A program made the translations under genes and the position numbers. A stretch of DNA of 64,000 nucleotides from Tubulanus polymorphus (taxonomy: Eukaryota; Animalia; Nemertea): the NCBI RefSeq assembly GCF_964204645.1, contig NC_134026.1, forward strand, positions 24,400,150-24,464,149, read 5' to 3'. Positions 1 through 13,400 of this stretch are shown here, piece by piece. The notes beneath the pieces were generated by a model. It was given only the letters and a program-made list of their open reading frames with translations. It searched no databases and was not told the DNA's origin. The stretch's first letter is position 1, and each line of letters opens with the position of its first letter.

Positions 1-3000
1 CCCATACAGGAAAGGTCAAGATCCCCACCACCCTATAGAAGGTCTGTATTTACATCTTTGTGCTAAAAAAAATATTAGCATGTATGTAACGTGTAACGTC
101 TGAGACATTTTTGTGAACTTTTTACAGTTTGAAGAAATCGGTGCCAGTTGAACCAGCTCCGTTCTCTGATCCCCAAAGACGATTTTCAAGGTACCGTATA
201 ACAAAGCACGTACATATGTATTGAAGTGTACTACCATAGAGGCTTGTTAATGGTGATTTTTGACATATTTTTGGGGATTTATTCAGATGCTATCTCTGTG
301 CAGGTCGTCATATTTCTTAACTCTTTGTACATAAGCGTTGTAGTGGGTCATAACCTCAGTCTTGTAATACGGATTCATTGTAGCAGTAAACGTAGTGATA
401 TTTTGCATTAATTACAGGCCTGTTTGTCCCCATATGCAACCTGCACTGCCCACCCCTGTGATGTTGCGGCCCCAAATCGGTCAGTGTCTTATACATAGAC
501 ACAATCTTGGTGAGATTCCATTGTAGTCGACATGCTACACAGTAAAACACACAAATGTTTGTGCTATTTTGTTTCACTCACCAGTTCATAACTCAGTGAG
601 AATATTTTCAATGATATTAAGATCACTATTGCGCATATTTTCACCTAAATGACGCACATCATGCTTTAGTAATTCTGTTTTGAGGTTTTCACTAATTCTA
701 CTTTTTTACAGTACATTAGCTAAATTTCTGGTTGAATCTTTTTTAAAGTTACTATAAATTGTATATTTGTTTAAGGTCTATCAGAAATTATTTCATTAAA
801 GGTTATATTTCAGTGATTTGTACGATCCTGAAATACCTACACCAGGAACTCCAGAAACGTGAAGTACGATAACCGCCTCAAATCTCATCCTCCTTCCTTC
901 AACATACCGTAGATCTAAAAATTGCTTTATCTGTTGTTGTTGTTCAGATTTCCTGAGTCATTTGGTATTGTAGAATTGGGTTGTAGGTAAAAATTGGTTG
1001 AAAACGGTGATGGAGTTCAAACTTACTTTGTTGCATGGAATAATTTATGAGATTTGATTCTGATTATCTTTTTTCCATTGCTTTTAAGTTAGGATCTTAT
1101 TATTCTTAAATCGAATCATTTGAAATAGATAATTGGTTGAGGCTCACATGAATGTTACAAGTGGTTAAATGTGACCCTGAGATGGTTGATTGCCAGTAAA
1201 TGTGTTAGATACCGGTATATGTTTCAATATGTTATGCTTTGTTTAGTGTCAAATTTATTTGCCGCTGTATGGGTTGGGCAGTGTACTATTTCACCTACAT
1301 TCTAACTGTTCTTTGATTCATCTGAATTTCAAATGTTTTGAACTTAAATATTTCAGAGAACGGCGAGAAAAACCTGTCACAGAAATGGATTTTGGTGAGG
1401 CCCAGAGGCGTTATGGACGGTACGTCTTATGTTCATACCAGCATGCCACTTAAAACTTATACCAGAGTCACACTTAAAACTTACAATTTGTTTTTCTATT
1501 TAAGGCGTCAGCGTGCAGTTAGTCCCTCGTCTTCCCGGTCACGCTCACCACCTCGTGGCAAGAAATCACTTAATGCTGCCTCAGACAGTGACTCCGACAT
1601 CGAACCCGTTTACAAACGGACTCCTGCAACTCCCGTGCCAACAACTAAAAGACAACGCACTACATCATCATCAAACCAATCACCCTCGAAATTTGATGAT
1701 GCCAGCGGCACTAGGGCGAAATCTCCGACATCACCTCCCATCAAAAGATTGAAGGCTTCACTACCACCAGCTGTACCGACTGTTCCTGTGCGTGGAGCTT
1801 CACCTATATCTGATGGAGAATTATCTGATGAGGGCGAACTACCACCTTCCCCTGCTCGCTCAGGAACACCTGTCCTTGATGAACCTGCACCCGAGCCTTT
1901 AGTTGGAGAGGCTCAATATCTTGGAAAAAACAGTGTCCAAGTGGAGTTAAAGGATAATTATGTGTTATTAGATGACGGGGAAAAAGTCACAATGGCAGCA
2001 ATTGAAGGATACAGCGGAATTCCAGCTAGACAGACAACTTCTCGAGAGGCTCGCAGTCGTTCATCTACACCATTAATGGATGAGCCGATGCATTCTCCTA
2101 AACAACCACCAGTTGCTACAATTGAGACATTACTGGCGCGTGTAGAAGGTCGAGAAACAGCCCGTTACGAAATGGCTGATGATGATGTTATAGATATAGA
2201 AGTGGTTCCTTCTTCAACTGATTCAGATGATGAACGGGGTATTTTACAACACGTTCCTAGTGTCATTGAATCATCTGAACCAGTCATTCATGCTCAGGAA
2301 ATGATAAACACTCTAACAAAAGAAACAAAAGAAGATATTAAAGCAGATGTTGAGGAAGGATCAGAAGAAGGAGAACTAGTTGAATCAGTGGAAGAAGATC
2401 GCGAGACAGATGCACTTAAAGTCAGCGATGAAAATGACGCAAAGAATGTTACTCAAGAAATTCCCTTGATAGAATCAGATTCGTTAGAATTAAGTACAGG
2501 AGATATTATTGTTGATAATGTAGATTCAATTTCTGATTGTGTAGCAGGAGATGTTGATTCTAATGAGAAAACAATTATGGAAAATTCTGATCTGGTTGGA
2601 AATGTAGATTCTGTTCCAAAAGAAATTGTAAATGCATCAACTGCTAGTTCTGATCAAGAAGTGCAGTTTGAACACCCAAATTCTTGCGAGACAAATACCC
2701 AGGAAGAAGTTGAAGACGAAATAGTAAATGCTACATGTGGTATAGACCCTCACGATAAATCAATGGATGGTAATGACAGTGAGACTAAAATAAGCATGAA
2801 AGCATATGATACAACATCACATGACTCTCAGCCACAAGAAACATGCCAATCGAAGATACAAACTGTTAAATCAGATAGTGAAGTGGAACTCGTTAAGTCT
2901 GAAGTTAAACCTTGTATTGAAGATGATAGATCCCTTGATAAATCAGAACAAATAATTGAACTAGAAGAGAAAATGTTTGAATCTATCAAAACAACAGAGA

Positions 3001-4205
3001 CAAAAGAATCACAGTCATTACAGACGTTAGTTCCTGAGTCACAGGATCCGGAACAGGTTAAACATGAGGATCCAGTAATACAAAGTGTTGAAGTAATTGG
3101 GCATCTTAAAGCACAAACTATAGACTCTAGGACACAAGGTGATTGTTCAGAAAAAACTGAACTTCATTTTCAGTTGAAGGAGCCAATTGATGATATTATC
3201 AAACCGAGTGTTGGTGGAAAAAGTCTTGAGCTGTCTGAGCCGCTTATTGAAATAGTAGAATCCAAGGAGTTAGGCAGTGGTGATTACGAAAAACCTCCTT
3301 GTTTGGATATAGCTAATCTGGATGTTGTTGACTCATCGAGTAATGCTGTCAAATTTGATCAACGGGACCAGGAGGCAATGATAGGTAACACAAAACCAGA
3401 TGATGAAGTGTGTGTTGCGAAGATATTACAAAAACGCCGGTCAAGTGTTAAAAGTGACATTAGTGAATCTAGTAGAAAGAGTGAGGAACGAACAAGTAAG
3501 CGACGTCCTTCAACACGGTCAGAAAAGAAAACCACTGATGATGATCAGCCATCAAGGCCAAGTTCACGGGCATCGAGGCATTCCTCTAATACTCAAAGTG
3601 ATGATGATAAAGGTTCAAAACAAACACCTTCGTATGGTAGTGGAGAATTGTCTACAAATGTTAGTGAAGACGAGAAGGAGCCCTTAAAAAAAACAGAATT
3701 ACTCTCTCGATCTGATTCCCCGCATGACCCTCAAAACGAAGTTAGTACAGTATTGACAGATTTACCCCTCGACATTGCAAGCAAAACACGAAGTCAGTCA
3801 AATGAATCAGAAGGGGAAAGCTGTTCAAGTCATGAGGGTAAAGAAGTAGCAGAACTGTGTGATGTTGAAAGTAGCGGTAATTCTGAAAGCGGTCAGTCAA
3901 AAATAGGCGATTCTGCTACTGACAGTATAACCAGTTCTAAAGATGAAACTCATAGAAAGCCTAGTCGATATCGATTGCCTACACCTGAACCAATCAGGAC
4001 GAGAAGTGGTCGGACTTCATCTCCTCCACCAGCCTCATCGAAAGCATCAGCGACCAGTCAGCGACGTATGTCTTCACCTGCCCTGTCATCACAGTCAAGA
4101 GCAACCCGCTCAGCTGATGCTAAAAAGCAACCAGCGGTCGGCAAACGTAGTTCTTCTAAGATGTCCGATTCATCAGCTCCACCAAATAAAAGATCAAAGC
4201 GTTAA
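1..4205 (+). CDS. 3' part of a large Arg/Ser-rich, acidic, low-complexity protein (probably nuclear); 5' end outside window
   Basis: Phase-consistent GT-AG exons <1-41 (PIQERSRSPPPY), 128-190, 814-858 (DLYDPEIPTPGTPE), 1357-1419 and a 2.7 kb terminal exon 1505-4205 (RQRAVSPSSSRSRSPP...PPNKRSKR*). RS/SP repeats and a basic NLS-like C-terminus; no globular domain recognised. Confidence 0.8.
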
Positions 4206-5274
4206 TGGCAGATGGTTTGAAATAAGTTAATCTGTTATAATCCTAAGACACGCTTATTCCCAAAATTCTTGCATTCATCTATATCACCAAATTTGTTATA
4301 GATATTCTATGGTAGTTGTTCTTGGATTTATCCCTTCAGATCAATCTACATGAATGAAGAATAATGAAGTTGTGGCTGTCAGGCTCTTAGTTGTATATAT
4401 CAAATTGTAGATAGCTAAAAAGTCACTTGTACAAAGGTGTATATGAATAATGCGTATATGGTGAGGAATTATGTGCAACTAAGGTTTTTCATGTACGGTA
4501 CCATTCACATAGTAATTTAGGGTACTGATATGCTTGAAATAATTGAGATTAAAATACCGGTATTCTTGAAATGAGCAAGATTTAAGTCCAGGTCTTAGGA
4601 GATCACTGATAGGTGTAAGTCATAGGGATAATGTCAAATGTCAAATTAAATTTTCCTCTAAATTATTCACTTGTCGGTATGTGCCACAGTAGGGTTTTCA
4701 TGTTATAAAAATTCTCTAAGAATTGTTTTGTAAATTTAATTCATTGTTTTGTGTGCTAAACTTCCTGTTCTTTTGAAGGAATAATCGTAAAAAAATACAT
4801 GTGAACAATTTTGTAATACATAGCATATGGTGTTGTTATATGTACCTGATAGTTGAAAGTTAAAGCTATTTTGTATTTGTACAACTGTATTTTTGTAATT
4901 GCTGTTCTGATTGTCTTAGTCTCATGTGTGTTAAATCAATTATGATTAGTGTTCAGTTGATATATGTACGAGCAGAAAACTGCCTGAATATACAATGATT
5001 CTTATTCAAATAACATACTCTGTCTTGTTTTATCCGTCGCAAATTCTCTGAGAAGATTCTGCCTTCCTTGGTTACATTTGACTTTTTAAATTCCAAGAAG
5101 TAAAAGACATAGGAGTAAAATTGCGGAATGAGAAATTTAGAGGATTTACCACCATTTTATGAGACTAAGCATGAATTACTGATAGAGGATGATGTTGTTT
5201 ATGATGTGGTTACTGCTAGAAACCACTGGTACACCTTTCATTCAGTACATACTAAAGAAAAACCATCACCATTG

Positions 5275-5429
5275 GGGGTCATTCATATATTACGTACACA
5301 CAAAATTTGAATTTTTGACCCCCTTCCCCCATGTACGCAAAATCGGCCATTTTTTCATATACATTAAGTATTACGGTATGCATTGTACTGACCCCTCCCC
5401 TAATGAGTACATAATAAATGAATGACCCC
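5275..5429. mobile_element. MITE, PIF/Harbinger (Tourist)-like
   Basis: Imperfect TIRs GGGGTCATTCATATATTACGTAC / GTACATAATAAATGAATGACCCC, flanked by TTG on both sides (3-bp TSD). Confidence 0.75.
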
Positions 5430-6652
5430 TTGGCAAATAAGAAACAACTACAGAGACAACTTATTTATAGTACACAGAAAAACAACTTGTATATTCAGTT
5501 TGTCGTATAATAGTACATAGATATAAAACAGTTAACATCTTCTATCTTTGTTACCATAATTGTTTAACACAAGATTTGGACTGCTAAGGTCTTGTAGAAA
5601 TTTTTTAAAACTTGTTTAATCAAATTCACTATACTTTACATTTTAGGCAAAAAAATTGGTACCTTGTTCCTCATTTCAGCTGAGCTTAAAAGTTCATCCG
5701 GTTGACCATCTATCTACCCTGTACATTACTTTTCAAAATCATGATCAAGCTAAATATAACAGACCCGTCAGCTATAAAAACGAACTGATTACAAATTTTT
5801 ATTGTGGTTTACAAAATGACCCGGCCAATTAGAAGACACAAAGTATCATTTTTTAGCCTAATATACACTAATGCAACATCACAGATCTGAATCAGATTAA
5901 ACATTTTTTGAGCAAAATTCTGCAATATATTCCTCAAATCCTGTGAATGGATAATACAAAAAATACATGTATTTTTGATAACACTGATAAATGCCAGGTC
6001 ACTAAGTAAATAATTAAATGCGCCAACAGCTGGTCATAATTTAACTTGTAATCATTGATGCGATGAGATTCATTATTCAATTGTTAACATCAAGCATAGC
6101 AGTTCGAATGCAGATTTGCTGAATGTGAACTGAATACTGATTTATACAAGCTTAAAACTATATTATACACAATGTATGTACGAGTATACATGAAAAATAG
6201 ATATCAATACATTGGAAGTACTTCATTTCAAGTACCAGTACTTAAATTAAAGTAAAAATACATTTTTATAACAGAACGGTCATTGCAAACGCCATCTTTG
6301 AATTTCGTTGTACATTTGCTGAGTGGCAGAGTTTAAAATTCCAGCAGTGTAAAAATCAATGGAAGTAGACTCCCAGTAAAATGCAATAACTCAAAAGTGA
6401 ATCATTTATCTGCAGAACTCATAACAGCACTCGGGGGCAACATAAAAATTTAATGTCTCTATACTTCGTTATTATGTCAAGATTCATTATTTTGGAGCCT
6501 AATAATTCAAAAATATATAATGAAGTTCAACACAGCCAATTGTGTATTGTCGAAAGACCATTTGGGCCAAGATCTGGAACCAGCTTCCAATACTGTTATA
6601 CTTATTTATCTAGGGCCTGCAGACAATGAAATTGTAATAAAACTCCTAACAA

Positions 6653-9053
6653 CTAACTACACACAACTGATTCCACTGTATCTGGGCAAATTGTAATCGT
6701 CATATGATGTTCACACCATTGGAATACTTTTGGCAAATCGATCTGAAAGATAAATAATTAGTAACAACAATAATAATACTAGTTCAATAGTTATAACAAT
6801 AATTAAGAGAATTCATCTTTCAGAATAACATACCACATCGATTTCATCTAATATTTGTATATCACGCAACATATGATCTATGAAATCATCGGTCAACAGA
6901 ACCTGAAATTTCAAGTTAAATCTTATCGGTAACAAAGAAAGCGATTTCGTTTTTACAGAAAATCGTTTTTTCATTACTGACCTGTAACCATGGCCCATGG
7001 GCAGCGTATGGGTGGGAGGCATCAGCTATTGATCCAATTACACTTTGGGAAACAAATGTTATAGCCACATCATTGAGAATACTTTTGAAAGTGAAATGGC
7101 GACCATGTTTCAATCTTCCTCTATAAAAGAAACTCATTGAAAATATAAATGGATAAAACTGTGACGAAGAATATAGAGGCTACACAACAACTTACAACAA
7201 AGCAAGTGGCAGCAGTTTTCCAGCCTCTAAACTAAATTTCAAGTGGACGGCATCAATACTTCTTGTACGAAGGAGTTCAGTTGGTGCATCACCACTCAAA
7301 TTACTATCAAATGAAGCTTTTCTGAATAGAAACATTATATTATATTACACAATAATACTGATGTATCGATAAAGTGAAACATCTACAATCATGTATTTTA
7401 CCTTGATGATGAATCTCCAGATGGTATGGGTGGAAGTACTGGCTTTGAATATCCCAAACCAATTGTTAAAGCATTCTTTATTTGCTCAGATTCTGAAATA
7501 GATAATTAATTGCTGTTCAAGCAGGGTACTATTGTATCATTTGAATTATCCTACCAAATAAATAAACATTACCTAAATCTGTTATATTTGGTGCATCTGT
7601 TGTATCGCTAGTTGAACTGCCTCGGCGTAAGTTGTCATAATTTTCCTTGTTGTCATTACTGACTTTTGATAATTCGATCCACGAACATTGGCTACTAACT
7701 CCACTTAGGTTAGAGCCTTCTAGTGATATACCCTGATCAACTCTTTCCTGTGTTAAGAGAAACAAATGTCATTTAAAAAGATATTTTTGCTCAATACGAA
7801 TCAAATCCCAGTATTTACCTGTAACTGTGGGTCAATTTCAAATACATTTTCCCCTCTCCTCATATCAGTTATAAGCCATGCACCTCCAGCACTGGAAAAA
7901 AAATATTGAAATAATGGTTTTAAAAGTGATTTTCTTCAAGCTTTTCTACCAATGATAAGAGACATGACGTGAAAATAGATACAAACTTGTCAACAGTCTT
8001 CATTAGGTCAATAATACCACTTCCATTCCAATGTTGGGCAGCTTTTAACTCTTCTTCACAAACACCAACAACCTTTACAAAAATTCATCGACATGGCACT
8101 ATGTTTTCATTCATTCCCATTTCAGCGATAATTGCTTAGCCTACAACTACATACTTGCACAAAATTCACCACACCAAAAGCAGTGGTTATTGTTTTAAGT
8201 TGAGGATCCGCAGTCATGAGCATATGTTGCATTCGAGATTCACTACCATCTAATGAGCTATGCCACGGTACATGATCACCTTCGCACAATGTATTTTCTA
8301 TAAAGAACAAAAGTGGCATACGTTCGAATTCTATTTTCCCCCTGTTTAACCAGATCATGAAATGTACTAACTCACCAGACTGAAAAACATATCTCGCAAG
8401 GGCTTGCATGAGGGCCGCAGGCCACGTTGGCGGGGCTGTTTCTTGTTCCTTTCGCAGTCTAAATGTCATTTCGAAACCAAACCCGCTCGGGGAATCAACA
8501 GATCCACTACGGTAGGCAGAACTGTAAACAAATCAAAGTAATAAATTATTGCTTTCATGATAAATAAGTGAATTCATTAAAGCCAGGTTTAAGAACCAAG
8601 CTCTGTATATTGGATAATGTCCCAAGGAAATATATAATGGATATGATACTTACTCATGAACTCTTCCATCGCCGTGAAGATCAGATAATCCAAAACTAAC
8701 ATAATGCCAATGTGGGGGCACATTCTTTTCTGGACAACCAGGATTTGAGTACATACTTATATAATCTAGAGGGTCCGGACCTCCCAACCTATAATGGAAC
8801 ATCACAAAATAGCATTTGCTTATATGATATCAGGTTTTCTAGAAGATATATGAAAATATATCCAGCATTGATAGAAATTGCTTATATACCAGTATTTCAC
8901 CAAAGCGGTGACTTGTAATGGATTTGGTTGGTCAGGATACAGTTGTCGGCATGCTGAATAGATCGCCTCAAATCCTGGAGGTGTTACAGGTCCCTGATTA
9001 ATGTTTGCAGTGTTGTAAACTTGTGCAGCATCTTCTTTTTTCCCAGACGACAT
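6653..9053 (-). CDS. Sufu: Suppressor of fused (Hedgehog pathway)
   Basis: 12 exons: 9053-8890, 8788-8654, 8521-8376, 8297-8155, 8072-7987, 7891-7819, 7747-7573, 7492-7402, 7321-7196, 7120-6982, 6902-6834, 6742-6653. Hallmark peptides YPDQPNPLQVTALVKYWLGGPDPLDYISMY, SGFGFEMTFRL, PPTWPAALMQALARYVFQS, GRLKHGRHFTFK, HPYAAHGPWLQ. A tiny extra terminal exon near 6617 is possible. Confidence 0.97.
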
Positions 9054-10475
9054 CTTTTCAACTTCCCTGTAATAGATATCTACTACTAATAGAATTGTAC
9101 ATCGTATCCTACTAAAAGAAGTAGTAGAGTTAGTAGCAGTAGGCCCAACTACTGATCATTTCACTCAACCAGCCTAATAGACGTCGACGCATCATAGATC
9201 GGTAATTTAGGCCTATTAATCGGCCATCCTCTTCGCTACGCCTCGGGCTCCTGCGTTGTGTCTGTTCTGCTGTTATATTGATGTGGCCGTGGGGGAGAAA
9301 TGAAGTGTCGCGGAAGAGCTTTCCTGTCATTTCTCACAAAAATCACAGTAAATACATTGATGTATTGTATAGATGGTTTATGGAAATGACCGATGTTATA
9401 AAAATCCTAATAACACACCATTAAAAGAAAGGCGAAAAGACCACCCAGAATAGGAAAACAATGATGATTTCAAGAACGACCGAAGGACATCCGTGATTTG
9501 TTGTGCCGCATTTCCGGGTTTCTGTCAACTGAAGAAATAGTTCTTATATTTCGGGGATTTAACAAAATTGATGTCGATGGTGTGATCTTTGAAACAATGA
9601 ATTAACTTCTATGATAGAAATAGTCAAATAATTAATACTTAAATTTCATGTAAAAATATGTTAAGTAATTCGCTGTATTCTTACATCCATACTCACTTAC
9701 CAGAGGATACTCCATTAGACTGGTTACCGCTAACCTCATCGGGTCGGTTACAACTCAGTGCCGCGGCCGTATTCGCCAAAACCTGATATAATATGTTGAA
9801 CCAGCTCTGATTTTGAGGAAATACACTAGGGAACGAAATCATGAACCCATATAATTCCGGATATTGTAACTGGCTGCCAACAGGCGGGTGACTGATTGTG
9901 CCGCCGTATGCTTAGAAATAAATGATAGAATCAGTGTGGAGTCCGAGGACTAGATGTTAGCCAAATCGTTTTTCACAAATCACACATTTCATTTCCACCC
10001 AAGAACATCCGCTGTTCAACGAACTACTAGTTGCCTTTAATTTAGATTTTGGGAAAGTTTCACGGCACCCATAAAACTTTTTTGCACCATCCGTTTTATT
10101 CGATTTCGCCGAAAACTTTTTTTAAAATGATAGAGAACTTCTAAAAGGTATCATAAACAAAATCCGAAAGCAACACATATCCTTTAATCGTTCTTTGAAT
10201 CGATCAATAGATACTTGTTCTCTTTTTCGATGAAGTTTATGACTAAGTCTGCGATGGCCAGAATTACAGATGTCGTTTCGATCGACACTGGGATTATTAA
10301 TATGAACGCTGAACCACCTGTGACACTCAGAAACACACTGCAGATCTTGTTCAGTGCTTGCTAAAACAGAGCTTCCTGTAGCGATTCTATATGTGACATC
10401 TGCCATATAATACTATAACATGAATCATGGACTGGGCGAGGATTATTAGCTGCTATTGCGAGAACCCGAATATCG

Positions 10476-13400
10476 ATGGTTATCTATAAGATGCCTTCAA
10501 ATACCACTAACAATAACGACTATGACCCTGAAGAGGATTTCAAATATCGAACCGGATCGGCAAGAAATGGACCACGAACGTTCGTGATGGATTCCAATCT
10601 GACCAGCAGTCTAATTCATTTACAGTCGTCCATTGACAAATTTACGGAACTGTACAGTCGCATAGCGCATAAACAGTTATTAGCAGATACGGGCAAGAAG
10701 CAGCCCCAACGGTCTCAGAGTTTGGCCAGTTATCCACCGGATTTAAGGGATGAAAAGGTAAGCACGACGAAAATAATAACATGAAACACAGTTTCGGACA
10801 TTTCAAGGAAATTGATATTTTTCAACCAAAATGTTATTTACGAACGCAATAAGGGTTTTTGCGATATAACGAATGTTGTTGAGCGCACGATTCAATTTAC
10901 CAATAGTTGAAAAGGAGACCAAAAATTCCGGATATAAATGAATTTTGCGGGTATTCTGTCTCGGCTCACGAAGTCGATTCGTAGCTAGAATAGCGCTCGA
11001 TCGAAATCCAACTAAAGGTCTTTTTTGCACAAAATAATGAATACATAAATGAAGAAAAGATTTTCCATTACCGTATATCATTATTCACGTTGTTTGTGCA
11101 GTCGATTCGCAATATTTAAACAGCTTAATAGCTTAATTAGTATATTTCCCGTACTTAGATTAAGATGATTCTAATGTTCGATGAATAGGTTTTTTTAAAA
11201 ATCAAAACGGCTAACGCAAAGACCCTTATACGTATACGCAGTAATTAAGTTTCCTGATCTCAAAACTAGTAGGAAATTTTAGGAAATTCGCGCAATCAAT
11301 CTCTTCTACACGAATAATATATTACTGTAAATTTTTTGTGGGCATACTACATTTTCACCCCGATCGAATCTTGATCACATAACGAGGTAGTTATCGATGA
11401 ATAAACCATGAATGTAATCTCTATTTACCACTAGATTTATTGCTTATCTACTGAAATTAATTACTTTCTTGAGGAGTGATCAATAAATCATAGATGAACC
11501 TCATGCGTTCTTAATTCCCAGAACTGGAAGGAGTTTGAAGCTAAGTATTCAACTTTTCGGCGAAAAAGACTTTCAGATCGCCACCAGTCATCAGTGACCT
11601 CGGATGAGGCCAATACGTCGTGATAATTGGTGAATTATGAGGCTAATACATTTGAATTAAAACTATACAAAAATAAACGTTGGGTAATATGAAATTCCAT
11701 GCGGACATTTTTTTGTGGGGTAGAGGGGATGATTCTTTTTTTCGAAATGTTGGATTGTGCCATGCAGACTCGATTGAGAAAGTTTAGGACCCCGTCAGAT
11801 TTTTTAGAATTCATGCTTCCTTTTAGATAAAATTCGGTTTGTAAAAAGATACCGACTCTGTTATGGTCTCCGTGCGTGGAATTGAGGCGTGATTCAAGCA
11901 GATGATTTTAGAAATTGGATGCGTCTGAACACTCCACTACATTACAGAACAGATGGCGAGCGACCATGAAAATCGATGCATGCTAAGCAAATCTTACTTT
12001 ATTGAATATTATATCAGCTATGTAGACAACTATTAATTGTCAACATTAACACGCTGAATTATTACTATCTTGAACACTGAATGAAAAACAGGTGCACCTA
12101 TAAAAACAACGAGTTTATCGATCTCAAATGAGACATGGTATTGATATATCTTGAACATTCAACCACCTGATCGATATTACCTAAAACCATCCAAAATACG
12201 ATAAAATGTATCATTGTCCGATTAATGTCTAGTTAACAATACCGTCACGAAATCATAAATCGAAGGACAACAAGGACCACATCATAGTAATTCTATCTCG
12301 TTACGCCACAATACCGATACCCGTTATAACAAGGCTTATAATTAAAACGTCCAGGTAAACTTTATTGGATTTTATATCAGCCAAACGCGCAGATGTTGAA
12401 TCTTCGGGTATTTATAATGCATATTCGCGCATTAATATAAATCTCCCAAGTGGCATATGTTAACTGAGCATTGTATGAGCGCACATAGTTTCGGGAGATG
12501 GAGAGTCTTACTAGTACACAGGTAAGCAATTTGGGTACGCGAAAAGTCGGTTTTTAGCTAAACAGCGTGACCTAGTTAGTTCCAATGTTATGGATTAGTC
12601 TTTCGCTATTGGAGACAAAATTATTTCATTTCCAAAGAACATTCCTCCTGAAAAAGTCAATATTTGCGTAAGATAGATGGAAATCAGTGTCACACGTCCA
12701 TAGCAATAATGCCAACAAACAATCATACTCAACGTGAGGTCTCGCAATATGACGTTTGATGCTTTAGAATTTTATCTGAACATCATCTTTTCGCATAAAA
12801 TACTCTCAGCGATAAGCGTTATTAGGTGGTTAGGTTCGTCGTGGACTCTGTGTTGGCAACCAATTAATGCACACTTTGATGATCTTCTAATGATTCACAT
12901 TATTTTTTTTTCTATGTTAGGTCGTGGTGGCATTACGGATGGTTTTCCTAAAGATTGGCGAAATTGATACATTGAAAGAAAACTATACAGCGGATATATT
13001 TTTGTACGCCACGTGGCCAGAAGAAAGCCTCGATGGCTGGGATGATAAGGTAATCTATAGGCTATTCGTGAATTTTTCTGATGCGATCAATAATCGTCCA
13101 AAAAAATCCTGGTGAGTTAATTTCAAAAATTTTCATTTATCAAACGAGGCGTGATGGATTTGATATGATATGATATGATTTATTTTCAAGTAAAATTTTT
13201 ACAAAATTAATGAATAAGAAAATACATTAAAAATCTAATAATATTTAATGAAGGACTGCTTTGAAGCAACAGTTAGCAAAGCAGCCCTAGAAAAGAATTT
13301 CACTTAATGCGCCAGTGAATTAGAAGCCCTTACAATTCGGTATAATGGAAATGAAAATGCTGCATCAATTACATGCATACGATGCGATGGACAATAGAAG

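Noticed and set aside
287-479. Possible extra exons (287-303, 418-479) of the first gene
   Set aside because: Their phases are not consistent with the 190-to-814 junction, which already joins in frame.
1338-1504. N-terminus of the 955-aa ORF
   Set aside because: It starts at TTG within an intron and reads through intronic sequence; the real frame enters at the 1505 acceptor.
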